64,000 nt of DNA, taken from Bdellovibrio sp. GTDB taxonomy: Bacteria > Myxococcota > SpSt-1050. This document shows positions 51,598 to 60,968 of this stretch, piece after piece (the first letter of the stretch is position 1; each line of letters opens with the position of its first letter). The stretch spans positions 40,349 to 104,348 of the forward strand of contig DYEF01000065.1 of assembly GCA_020725805.1 (NCBI GenBank), read 5' to 3'. The position numbers and the translations under genes are program-made. The notes beneath the pieces are model-generated. The model was not told where the DNA came from and did no database searches. It saw only the letters and a list, made by a program, of their open reading frames with translations.

Positions 51598-54120
51598 TTA
51601 TTTTTCACCGAACAATTCGGGATATTCAATCTTCAGATAATCCGTCAGAACCTCATACATCTCGGAATTTTTTGGTGAATCCGGCTCCGAGAAATCCATA
51701 AGAAGCGACTTTTCTGCAAGACGTTTCATTCTTATATCCAGATTGTGTATGGGTGGAATGACCTTATCCTCTATCTGTCTCGGCTCTGCCTTGTATGGAG
51801 TAAAATCGGGAGTGTTCGTAAAGACATCCAGCATAGGAGCAGCTCTCAGATCCGTCTGATACAACGAATTGAGTCCCAGAATCAGTTCGAATGTCTTGTA
51901 AAAGGACGGAAAGCTATACTGAACCGAAGATACAAACCCTCTTTTAATGTAAGGGCCTATTGCAAGGCATACATTCCTGTGCGAATCGATATGGTCAGCC
52001 CCGCTCTGCGGGTCGTCCTCAACAACAAAGACAACCGAATCCTTCCAGAAGACAGAATTACTCAGATACTCAATCACAAGACCAAGACCATAATCATTAT
52101 CGGAGACCATTGAATCAGGAGCCGGTTTACCCGGACTCACTCCGTAGGTATGGTCATTGGGGAGAAGCATAAAGATGAATGCCGGCATCTTTGCGGGGTC
52201 TCTCTCCCACTCCGAAAGCCTCTCCCTGAAGTAATTTGCCCTTTCCTCATCTTTGGGCGACATATTCCAGATTACTCCGCCCGGCCACTTCCGGTCCACA
52301 TATTTGTCAAATCTCGGTTTTCTCCCGTAAAGCCCCTCGAGGTCTGCCATAACGCCAACCGCTTCCCCATACACCATAAAGTTGATTTTATTCCTCAACA
52401 GGTGATGAAAGAAGAAATCTGAGGCAGGATAACTTGCAGGTTCAACGCCCGGCAGAAAGAGCCGCGTTTCATCTCCCACAAGCCAGTTTCTCTCTATATA
52501 ATCATTTGTAACAGACGAGGTCAGCCACATATGACCCTGAACAGAGACCTCCGATTCGGCAAAGCAATTGTCAAATACGGCAAATTCACGGGCTAGTTTA
52601 TGGGTATTCGGCGTAAATTTCTCCCCGAATCTTACCAGTGAGGGTTCAGCCTCTACCCCTTCCAGATCACCGAGAATCTGATCGAAAGTCTTATTCTCCT
52701 TAACGATAAAAATAATATGTTTTATGGGGGAGAGATACTCTTTATCTATCGGGACAGGGGAATTGATATTTTCACAGGGGAATTCATAATATCTCGATGG
52801 TCTTGAGTTATTATTGTAAACCATTTCTGAATATGTTTTCAGATTAATAATGGCATCAGAGATATCAATCACGGAGAGACTTCCAAACAGAATCTCATCC
52901 GCATCCTCTCCATTAATATTCGGAGAAGAGCCATTACCTTTTGCGTTTAACACATAAATATTTTTATTGTCCTCCGAGACAATCACCCTCACAGGATAGA
53001 AACCAACGGGTATTCTGCCAAGGACCTTATTTGCAGAGGTATCAATTACTGAGACCGAATTCAACAGTGCCTCTGCGACAAAAATATATTTGCCGTCCTT
53101 CGAGATATCCATTGTGGTCGGTGAAGTGCCATAGGGGATATTATCCTCATTGAGTTTAATCTCAGCGGTAACCTGATTGGTTGCAACATCTATAACCGAA
53201 ATATTATCTGTATCACTATTGGCAACATAAATGCGTTTGCCGTCATTTGAAATGACTATACCTTCGGGATTCTTCCCCACATTTATGTCTCCAATCACAC
53301 TCTCCGAACCGATATCTATGACAGATACAGTATTGTCTCCCCAGTTTGAGACATACAGTCTCTTCTCATCACTGCTAAGCTGCAGCCAGAACGGATATGC
53401 ATAAGGATGCTCATCTGTATGAACCCCCACTTTGACAGAATTCTTCCATTTCGGCGTCTCGCCGTTCTCGATAATTGCAATTTTATCTGCAATATGCTGT
53501 GCTGCATATATTCTCTTTTCATCTCCGCTCAAAACCAGATGTCCGATAAAACCGGAGAGAGATACTGAACCAATTTTCCCGATTGATGCATCTTCATTGA
53601 GTTTCAATATGAGAATATTATTGTTGGCACCACCCGATGCATAAATAGTCCTCTTGTCTTTTGCAAGAAAAAGTCCCAGAAAATTTCCGTAATTACCTTC
53701 GAGCGGAAACTTATATACAACTTCTCCCTTTTCAACATCAACCACCTGAAGATACTGTTTCCCGTCAAGAGTTCTGCCACCGTTTGAGACAACAAGCCAT
53801 TTTTTATCCGGAATTTCAACGGCATTCATAGGAAAAGTATTGATAGTAATATTCTTACCTGCCGGTGTTATCATCCTTCCATCGATGAGGAGTATCCCGT
53901 CCGAGGTCTTGCCGGGTCTCTGATATGCAATCTGATTGATCTGAAAATCGCACTTCTTTACATCGGTATCATTACTGCCGGTATCTTCCGTAATAGTAAT
54001 ATCTTCTGTGCTGATGTCAGTCCCGGTATCACTAACTGTTGTCCCCTCATTGTCAGAACAGCCGTAAACCAGCACAAAGAAGAAAACAGACATTACAATT
54101 AACATTAAAATATACTTCAT
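51598..54120 (-). CDS. lipoprotein fusing a YVTN-type beta-propeller to a phosphoesterase (phospholipase C / AcpA family) domain
   Basis: Internal ATG 54120 (RBS AGGAGG) gives MKYILMLIVMSVFFFVLVYGC, followed by an acidic tract. The propeller repeats include KRIYVANSDTDNISVIDVATNQV and KYIFVAEALLNSVSVIDTSANKV. The C-terminal domain starts IIFIVKENKTFDQILGDL, a phosphoesterase-family motif. Confidence 0.7.
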   Translation of the reverse strand: MKYILMLIVMSVFFFVLVYGCSDNEGTTVSDTGTDISTEDITITEDTGSNDTDVKKCDFQINQIAYQRPGKTSDGILLIDGRMITPAGKNITINTFPMNAVEIPDKKWLVVSNGGRTLDGKQYLQVVDVEKGEVVYKFPLEGNYGNFLGLFLAKDKRTIYASGGANNNILILKLNEDASIGKIGSVSLSGFIGHLVLSGDEKRIYAAQHIADKIAIIENGETPKWKNSVKVGVHTDEHPYAYPFWLQLSSDEKRLYVSNWGDNTVSVIDIGSESVIGDINVGKNPEGIVISNDGKRIYVANSDTDNISVIDVATNQVTAEIKLNEDNIPYGTSPTTMDISKDGKYIFVAEALLNSVSVIDTSANKVLGRIPVGFYPVRVIVSEDNKNIYVLNAKGNGSSPNINGEDADEILFGSLSVIDISDAIINLKTYSEMVYNNNSRPSRYYEFPCENINSPVPIDKEYLSPIKHIIFIVKENKTFDQILGDLEGVEAEPSLVRFGEKFTPNTHKLAREFAVFDNCFAESEVSVQGHMWLTSSVTNDYIERNWLVGDETRLFLPGVEPASYPASDFFFHHLLRNKINFMVYGEAVGVMADLEGLYGRKPRFDKYVDRKWPGGVIWNMSPKDEERANYFRERLSEWERDPAKMPAFIFMLLPNDHTYGVSPGKPAPDSMVSDNDYGLGLVIEYLSNSVFWKDSVVFVVEDDPQSGADHIDSHRNVCLAIGPYIKRGFVSSVQYSFPSFYKTFELILGLNSLYQTDLRAAPMLDVFTNTPDFTPYKAEPRQIEDKVIPPIHNLDIRMKRLAEKSLLMDFSEPDSPKNSEMYEVLTDYLKIEYPELFGEK

Positions 54121-54225
54121 AATCTTCCTCCTGTACAGGTGTATATAATACACCGCTAATCTTACTAATACAATACTGTTTGTTTCAGGTTAATTTTATA
54201 AAAAGAAATTATTAAGCGTTCTGCA

Positions 54226-54636
54226 TCAGAAGACTCTGAAATGCCTTAGAAGATTTACCGCCCATGAGAGAAGAATAAGCGGAATCACAATCAGTAGAAC
54301 AAATTTCTGATACCTCTCGAAAACTATCTGAATAATCAATCTGTCAAGAATTATCTCGGCAATCAGCAAAACAATTCCGGTAAGAAGTGCCAGATATAAA
54401 AGCGGACCCAGTATATTGAAATAAAATCCATCTAATATTTTCAGGTGTCCTATCGAGACAAAAGAGTGAGTCATCCCGCAGGAAGGACAGGGAAATCCGG
54501 TAAAAGTCCTAAAAAGACATATTCCGTAAGGGAAATCGGGGTTGTCTATTATTACCGAACCTGCAAAAACCGAGAGAAGAATCAGAAGTGCAATAAATGA
54601 CCTTTTACGGTTGGGGGTAATAAAATTTCTAAACAT
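54226..54636 (-). CDS. DUF2752-like small membrane protein
   Basis: 136 aa with hydrophobic helices and a CPSCGMTHSF motif resembling the CP-x-CG-x-TR signature of that family. Confidence 0.45.
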   Translation of the reverse strand: MFRNFITPNRKRSFIALLILLSVFAGSVIIDNPDFPYGICLFRTFTGFPCPSCGMTHSFVSIGHLKILDGFYFNILGPLLYLALLTGIVLLIAEIILDRLIIQIVFERYQKFVLLIVIPLILLSWAVNLLRHFRVF

Positions 54637-54771
54637 ACAGTTAAGGTATTAAAGCAAATAATTCAACAAGTCAATTTTAAGAAAAAATGGATTATCCGGA
54701 CCGGCACAGCAATTATTGGACAATATTCAATTACCTGTATCTGTTTCAGTATACCAGATACTAAAAGCTTT

Positions 54772-55197
54772 TTATATTAAAAGTGAATTGCCTTCACTGT
54801 CCTTCATCAGACCCATTCCGATGAGCAGATAATCTATCAAGGCCCAGATACCTGCCCCGCCGCAGGTGATGAGCTTTACTATACCAAGCCCGGTATACCC
54901 CAGATAAAACCTGTCCAGACCAAAATACCCAAGAAACATAGAGAGCAAAAATGCTGTTCCCTGTGATTTTTTGGGAGTGCCTACAGGGGTCTCTCTGAGA
55001 AGTGCGTTGCCGTTTGCATCTTCCATTGTACCCATTCCGAGAATAATAACATCTATAAGAGCCCAGATACCTGCCCCGCCGCAGGTGATGAGCTTTACTA
55101 TACCAAGCCCGGTATACCCCAGATAAAATCTGTCAACTCCGAGAAATCCAAGAAAGACTGATAGTATAAATGCAGTTTGCTGACTCTTTTGATTCAT
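54772..55197 (-). CDS. TM2 domain protein with two tandem TM2 units
   Basis: Two copies of FLGxxGVDRFYLGYTGLGIVKLITCGGAGIWALID...GMG..D..GN.LL, the TM2-domain pattern. 141 aa. Confidence 0.7.
   Translation of the reverse strand: MNQKSQQTAFILSVFLGFLGVDRFYLGYTGLGIVKLITCGGAGIWALIDVIILGMGTMEDANGNALLRETPVGTPKKSQGTAFLLSMFLGYFGLDRFYLGYTGLGIVKLITCGGAGIWALIDYLLIGMGLMKDSEGNSLLI
54842..55128. repeat. intragenic direct repeat: an identical 68-nt block duplicated at a spacing of 219 nt
   Basis: gcccagatacctgccccgccgcaggtgatgagctttactataccaagcccggtataccccagataaaa occurs at 54842 and again at 55061 inside the TM2 gene. Confidence 0.85.
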
Positions 55198-55221
55198 TAA
55201 AACCCTCCTTGAGATTTTCGC

Positions 55222-56235
55222 TTACTTATTCAGGGTAAGCAGTTTAATCGAACTTTTTATAATCGGAAAAATTCTTTCGTTCTTCTTGTCTTTGAGCATC
55301 TTCTCGAGCTGAGGAATTGCTCTCTTATCCCCTACTGTTGCAAGTGCCTGTGCAGATCTACCCCTTATAAAGACATCCTCATCTTTTAACAAATCCATAA
55401 GCAGACCGATACATCTTTCATCTGCAATCACAGAGAGTACCTGTATTGCAATATCGCGCTCGTCCTTTGAGTTACCGAATCTTGCTGTCCTGAGATATTC
55501 ATCGACATTAATCTTATCCTTCATCTTTTTCAGGGTATTTTTCGCTGTCTTTATCTCTTCCTGCGAGGATGAATCCTTAAGTATCACCAAAATAGGCTGA
55601 ACGAGTCTGGGGTCTCTTATGGTGCCGGCAAGCTCCATTGCATTGATTCTTGTATTCTCGTCCTTGGAGGTGAGTGCCGCAGACAAAACCTTGAATTTGT
55701 TTTCACTGGACATACCCATTATAATCTGGGAGGTGGTATCGCTTACTTTACCTTTATCCGAGAGACCTTCGGCAAGTGCCTTCAGTGCATTGTCGTCCTT
55801 GAGTTCGCCGAATATTGCTATAATACCCATCTTGAGCATCGAATCATCTGTATTTTTGAATGTGTTTACAAGGTCATCCATTGTCTGCTTGTTGGAAGAG
55901 AGCTTTACAAGTGCCTTAACTGCCTCTTTTCTGACAAGGGCCTCTGAATCCCTGAGCAATTCAATCAGAGGTCTCGTTGCCTTCGGGTCACCGATATTCC
56001 CGAGCGCAATGGCACAGGCACCCTTAATCGCATAATCCTCGTCCTTCAGATTGGCAATAAGGACATCGACAGCCCTTTTATCCTGCATCTTGCCAAGGAA
56101 TATGGCTGCCTGAAGCCTTGACTTGAACGAAGACGAAGAATTGAGTTCGCTTATCATATTGTCAACCATATCAGCGTAGAGGTTTACCGGTAAAACCATC
56201 ACTATAAAAAACATACAAACGTATTTTTTCAGCAT
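55222..56235 (-). CDS. HEAT/PBS-lyase-like repeat protein with a signal peptide
   Basis: Repeated ~30-aa units containing VR..A..ALG.IGD..A...L..LL.D (for example AIKGACAIALGNIGDPKATRPLIELLRDSEALVRKEAVKAL). Confidence 0.65.
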   Translation of the reverse strand: MLKKYVCMFFIVMVLPVNLYADMVDNMISELNSSSSFKSRLQAAIFLGKMQDKRAVDVLIANLKDEDYAIKGACAIALGNIGDPKATRPLIELLRDSEALVRKEAVKALVKLSSNKQTMDDLVNTFKNTDDSMLKMGIIAIFGELKDDNALKALAEGLSDKGKVSDTTSQIIMGMSSENKFKVLSAALTSKDENTRINAMELAGTIRDPRLVQPILVILKDSSSQEEIKTAKNTLKKMKDKINVDEYLRTARFGNSKDERDIAIQVLSVIADERCIGLLMDLLKDEDVFIRGRSAQALATVGDKRAIPQLEKMLKDKKNERIFPIIKSSIKLLTLNK

Positions 56236-56322
56236 AACTACCCTCTCATCATTGGTAGACCAATATCACAACAGAATAAGAACTGCAAATTATTTTTTTC
56301 CGAAATTGTGCAATCTGCAATA

Positions 56323-58803
56323 CTATTCTATGAATGAACAGGAGCAGCCTGACTCGTCCTTGCTTTCATCAGTCTTGCTTCCGTCAATAACAACCACATC
56401 AGGTTTGGCACCAGCATCTGCGCCCGAAACATCACCGGAATTCCCTGTGTCATCCGGGACAGATACATCTGTAATAACATCCGGCTGAACACCTGTGTCG
56501 TTCTCTGCATCACTGACTATAACAACATCCGAAACCACATCCTCTGACACATCAGTTCCGGCATCAGGTTCGACCTGTTTGGTTTCATATGAAGGAGTAA
56601 TAAGCTGAAGGATACCCTGTGCCCCTCCGTAATTTACGAAGGCTATATAATATCTGTGACCACCTTCAATTTTTGAAGAATCAACTTCAAAATGGCTGTT
56701 GTCGGCTGTCTCGAGCTCGAAATCGGCATTCGAGGAAACATCTCCGTTTAAGGAAATATCAAATTCAACCGGATTATCCTTCTTCATAAGCACTCTTATC
56801 TCCGCATCAGAACCGCCAAACATCGAATTGCTGTAGATATCCATATCGAGCATAAACTTTGAGGTATTTGCCGGAATATCAAAATAGAACTGCAGATACC
56901 CGGGGACATACGGAGATAATCCGACCGTGTCCAGCCCTTCAACCAGCATTATATATTTCCCGTTTTCGAGATTAACGAGTCTCTCGCAGTCAAGGATATT
57001 ATTCTCCTTGAAAATATTCTCTGCCTTCTCGGCAAAGGCCTGACCGATAGCTGTATCCTTCTTCAGCATACTCACAAGCCCGTTTGAGAACTCACCGAAT
57101 GTGGCAATCTGACTGAGAGAGACAAGCACATCATACACCTTCTGGTCAAAGAGGTCTTCCTTGCCGAAATCCTTTACAAACTCGGTTCTTATCTTCCAGA
57201 GGGCGTTTGAGAGCAACAGCCCGTCGTTATGACTCTCACCCCAGAGGTCATCGGGGCATCTTGTATTTACACTCAGGTCCCTCAGTGCCCCCTGGTCCTC
57301 CGTTGCATTGCTGACATATTCACCCAGCTTCGGGTCACCGGAGACGGTCGACGAGAAATAATCTGCAAATCCTTCATTCATGGCACCCGGGTCGATATAC
57401 ATCCCGTACTGGTCGAAATAGGCATACGCAAGATTGCTTGTCGAACCTATCATTGCGTGTGTAAATTCGTGATATGTAACCTCCGCATCATAGGCAAAAT
57501 CGACCTTCTCTCCCTGCCCGAAGACAATCGCATCATCGTGGATACCGAAATCATCGAAACTGCCGTCATAGGGCATAAAGGCTGCATTATCAAAAGGCAT
57601 AAACTTATCTGTTGTACAGATATTCCATCCGGGATTATTCGGGTCTTCCTCACAGTTGAATCTCAGTTCATAGAAGTTGGGGAGTTTGAAATTCACCAAT
57701 GTCATCAGTGACGGAAGCCCTGAATTTGTATTTACTTTCTCAAATCCCTTCCCCTTGAAATAGGTATACATCTTGTCTGCGTGATAATACATCATCACTT
57801 CTGCAAAATCGTCTTCCATAATTGATTCAAAGCAGGCCTGCGAATCCTCTGCCTCGAAACATTTTGTCGGGTCATCCGGAGTAAAATAGAAATCTCCGTT
57901 CTCGTCCGAAACCGCTTTGGGACCGATATTGCAGAGGGTAAACCGCATAGTGGACTGATACTGCGGAATAGTCCATTCCTTCTGCTCACCTTTACCGTAA
58001 CAGTTTGTACTTCTGATCAGCGTGCCGGTAAGGGTCTTATCCGTTACATTGGGGTCGAGATTTACAATATCAACCTCAACGGTAGGGCTTTTGCCGTCTG
58101 CGCCGGGATTCGGATTATAGACATTTGCCTTGTTCAGATTTACAACATTATTCTTCCTGAAGATGAGTTTGCCTGTCTTCGCGTCGATAAAATAGCTCAC
58201 ATTCGTAAGTGAAGCAAATGAGGCAACTCTGACTTCGTACACAAAGAAGGCTTTATTACCTATAAGCAGTACCAGTTCCCTTACAGAATTATTGCTGTAT
58301 TTTGAGCCTATAAGACTGTTGAACGGAACATATTTGTTGGTGACAATGTAATAGGCATCCTCCCTGTTGAAAGAGACCCTTGTATCAATATTTTTTAGTG
58401 AGAGATTGAAGAACGATGCTTTCAGAATCTTACCTGAATTATCTGCGGTTACGGCAATACCGGCAGGATATACAGGATACCCTCTGTATGTATAACTGAA
58501 ACGGACTGTTTGACTGCCCTTCCCGCCAACTATCTTCTCAAAAGTCAGGCTGACGTCACCGCCAACAGAAAAGAGATTCTGATACTTGCCGATAAAGGCC
58601 TTTGCTGCATCGAAGGCCGAACTTACGGGGAATCTTTCACCAAGGTCCGTAATCAGAACAGGGGAATTGTTCATAAATCTACCCTTGATTTTCATATCAG
58701 GGTTACTCTGTTTCATAATTCCGATCAATTCATCGAACTGTGATGCAGTCAGATTTGACGCTGCAAACAACAGAACCGATACAAGAAAAAGGATTTTTTT
58801 CAT
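56323..58803 (-). CDS. secreted zinc metalloprotease, thermolysin/fungalysin-like (M4/M36 gluzincin) with propeptide and a C-terminal acidic tail
   Basis: Signal peptide, then an FTP/PepSY-like propeptide region. The zinc site is TYHEFTHAM (HExxH) with a downstream AMNEGFADYF (the third zinc-ligand Glu motif of thermolysin-like enzymes). The C-terminus is DVSEDVVSDVVIVSDAENDTG... Confidence 0.7.
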   Translation of the reverse strand: MKKILFLVSVLLFAASNLTASQFDELIGIMKQSNPDMKIKGRFMNNSPVLITDLGERFPVSSAFDAAKAFIGKYQNLFSVGGDVSLTFEKIVGGKGSQTVRFSYTYRGYPVYPAGIAVTADNSGKILKASFFNLSLKNIDTRVSFNREDAYYIVTNKYVPFNSLIGSKYSNNSVRELVLLIGNKAFFVYEVRVASFASLTNVSYFIDAKTGKLIFRKNNVVNLNKANVYNPNPGADGKSPTVEVDIVNLDPNVTDKTLTGTLIRSTNCYGKGEQKEWTIPQYQSTMRFTLCNIGPKAVSDENGDFYFTPDDPTKCFEAEDSQACFESIMEDDFAEVMMYYHADKMYTYFKGKGFEKVNTNSGLPSLMTLVNFKLPNFYELRFNCEEDPNNPGWNICTTDKFMPFDNAAFMPYDGSFDDFGIHDDAIVFGQGEKVDFAYDAEVTYHEFTHAMIGSTSNLAYAYFDQYGMYIDPGAMNEGFADYFSSTVSGDPKLGEYVSNATEDQGALRDLSVNTRCPDDLWGESHNDGLLLSNALWKIRTEFVKDFGKEDLFDQKVYDVLVSLSQIATFGEFSNGLVSMLKKDTAIGQAFAEKAENIFKENNILDCERLVNLENGKYIMLVEGLDTVGLSPYVPGYLQFYFDIPANTSKFMLDMDIYSNSMFGGSDAEIRVLMKKDNPVEFDISLNGDVSSNADFELETADNSHFEVDSSKIEGGHRYYIAFVNYGGAQGILQLITPSYETKQVEPDAGTDVSEDVVSDVVIVSDAENDTGVQPDVITDVSVPDDTGNSGDVSGADAGAKPDVVVIDGSKTDESKDESGCSCSFIE

Positions 58804-58935
58804 AAAAACCTCCGGTAAAATGAAGTTATAAACGGATAATCAATCCGAATGTCAATCTTTACTAAAATAAAAAAGCATTGTCCATGTAAATAGTAACCGG
58901 GTTAACGTTATGAAAAATCTGTCATAGTAAATCAC

Positions 58936-59601
58936 CTATGCCCTGCTTTTCTGCTCGGAAAACCATCTGAATAATCTCTCCTGATATGCCTCCACGTAAA
59001 AGGCGTAGTAACAGAATGTTGCCAGCATCAGTCCGGATACGACATCGAGGAAATAGTGCTGTTTTGTGAAGAGAGTCGACAGAGATATCAGAATTCCCAG
59101 AGTTATAGCCCAGATACCGTTTAGTTTTGTCTTGTGATAGATGGCAAATGCCGAGACCATCGATACCGCAACGTGCAGCGAAGGAAAACAGTTCGTCGGA
59201 AGGTCGATATAATAAATAAAATTGAGAAGGATTTCGCTTGCTGTATTCATCGGGACTTCCTGTCTTACCGACATCACCGGGAAGAGCAGAAAAACCGGAT
59301 AGGCAACGAGGTCGCACATAACAATGGAAAAACCGACCCTCTTGACCTCTTCAACCGTATCGAGTATCAGAACAAGAAATATAGGGAATATAAACAGCAT
59401 TTCATATATCCACGACCATTCAGGTATCAGGGGTATTACTCTGTCAATCGGTAGAGAGACATCGTAGAGTTTGGCAGTGTTTACCTTTGAATTTACATAC
59501 ATATAGCCAAACCCGTGAAATGCATAGACAAAAGCAAAAATCAGGTATTTTTTGAGATAATATTCCCTTGGATATGAGTTTACAGGTTTGATGAAACTCA
59601 T
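58936..59601 (-). CDS. PAP2-superfamily membrane phosphatase/phosphotransferase-like protein
   Basis: Six hydrophobic segments, with FPSLHVAVS and KQHYFLDVVSG resembling PAP2 motifs C2 (PSGH) and C3 (SR-x5-H-x3-D). Confidence 0.55.
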   Translation of the reverse strand: MSFIKPVNSYPREYYLKKYLIFAFVYAFHGFGYMYVNSKVNTAKLYDVSLPIDRVIPLIPEWSWIYEMLFIFPIFLVLILDTVEEVKRVGFSIVMCDLVAYPVFLLFPVMSVRQEVPMNTASEILLNFIYYIDLPTNCFPSLHVAVSMVSAFAIYHKTKLNGIWAITLGILISLSTLFTKQHYFLDVVSGLMLATFCYYAFYVEAYQERLFRWFSEQKSRA

Positions 59602-60896
59602 TTGCGTTCACCAAGCTTTCTCTTCCATCCGTCTTCAATTACTGCCTCGAAGAGGTCATCGAGCGTAATTACACCTTTCAGCTTCCTGTCCCTGTCGACC
59701 ACGGGAATTGCCAGCAGATTGTATTTTGATACGATATGTGCAATCTTCTCCATCTCATCATTCACAAAAACATAGACAGGATTTCGTGTCATTATCTCCG
59801 ATATAAGTGTGGTCTTTTCTGATATTATCAGTTTTTTCAGAGAGACTGTCCCTTTCAGTCTGTTGTTCTTGTCAATTACATAGATATAATATATCGTCTC
59901 GGCCTCTTTCGCATTTTTTCTGAGGTAATCAATGGCCTGCTCCGCCGTCAGGTCCTCCGGAATTGTCAGAAACTCCGTCGTCATAAGTCCGCCTGCGGTA
60001 TCCTCTTCGTGCTTTATAAGTTCCTGTACAATCTGGGCGTCGTCATTCTCCATTTTATTGATAATATCCTTTGCATCTTCCTCGTCTATCTCCTGAAGGA
60101 TATCAGCCGCTTCATCGGGAGGCATCTCCTCCAGCAGGTCTGCTGCCTTGTCACTCCCTACAGATTCAAGGAGATTCTTCTGGACATCAGCATCCTCCAG
60201 TTCAGAGAGGGTCTCTGCCGCCTTATTATGGTCAAGTGACTTAAAGAGTGCCTCCTGTTCATATCTGTCCAGTTCCTCGATGATATCTGCAATCTCTGCC
60301 GGATGCATCTCCATAATATCATTGCTTCTGAATGCAAAATTCAGATGGGAATTCCCGTTCTTTACGGGAATTGCGTTCAGATACCTCCATGAGACTAGTT
60401 CCTCCCTCAGAAGAGCCGGGATTAATCCGCCAAGGGATATAAATTTCAGAAACCTGCTGCCAAAATACATCCTGAGATTTGCCGCAAGACTGATATCGAT
60501 ATGCGCAACTTTCAGTACATTACCGGCATTCAAAAGATGCAGGTCATATATTCTGACGACCTTCTTGTTGCGGGTATCAATTATCTTCTGGCCGATCAGG
60601 TCAATATTTGCCTTAATCTTCTGATTCATATCGTAATTTCTGAGTGGCAGAGGTTCGCAACCCTTACATATAATATCGAAATTTTCACCAACCTCCACAG
60701 AAGAAGATTCAAGGACATATAAAATCCTGTCCTTTCTTCTTTTGATTACAAATCCCACCACCTCAGGATAATTATCGGGAACCTTGATTATTACATCATA
60801 TAAAACCGCTACCTTTTCACCACTGGTATTTTTTACCGGTCTTCTGAGCAATTCAGAGAGAAAAATAAAGACATTTGGCGGAGTTATTCCTGACAT
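59598..60896 (-). CDS. soluble MgtE-N-terminal-domain plus CBS-pair protein with an N-terminal PRC-barrel-like region; no transmembrane domain
   Basis: MgtE_N acidic helical bundle (LSELEDADVQKNLLESVGSDKAADLLEEMPPDEAADILQEIDEEDAKDIINKM), followed by two CBS motifs, ending ...DGWKRKLGERK with no hydrophobic channel domain. It overlaps the PAP2 gene by 4 nt. Confidence 0.7.
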   Translation of the reverse strand: MSGITPPNVFIFLSELLRRPVKNTSGEKVAVLYDVIIKVPDNYPEVVGFVIKRRKDRILYVLESSSVEVGENFDIICKGCEPLPLRNYDMNQKIKANIDLIGQKIIDTRNKKVVRIYDLHLLNAGNVLKVAHIDISLAANLRMYFGSRFLKFISLGGLIPALLREELVSWRYLNAIPVKNGNSHLNFAFRSNDIMEMHPAEIADIIEELDRYEQEALFKSLDHNKAAETLSELEDADVQKNLLESVGSDKAADLLEEMPPDEAADILQEIDEEDAKDIINKMENDDAQIVQELIKHEEDTAGGLMTTEFLTIPEDLTAEQAIDYLRKNAKEAETIYYIYVIDKNNRLKGTVSLKKLIISEKTTLISEIMTRNPVYVFVNDEMEKIAHIVSKYNLLAIPVVDRDRKLKGVITLDDLFEAVIEDGWKRKLGERK

Positions 60897-60968
60897 ACTG
60901 AAATCTGATTAAAATCCGAATATTTGCCGAAATCAAGCAGAAAAAGAAGAATCATCCGTTACCCGGTT

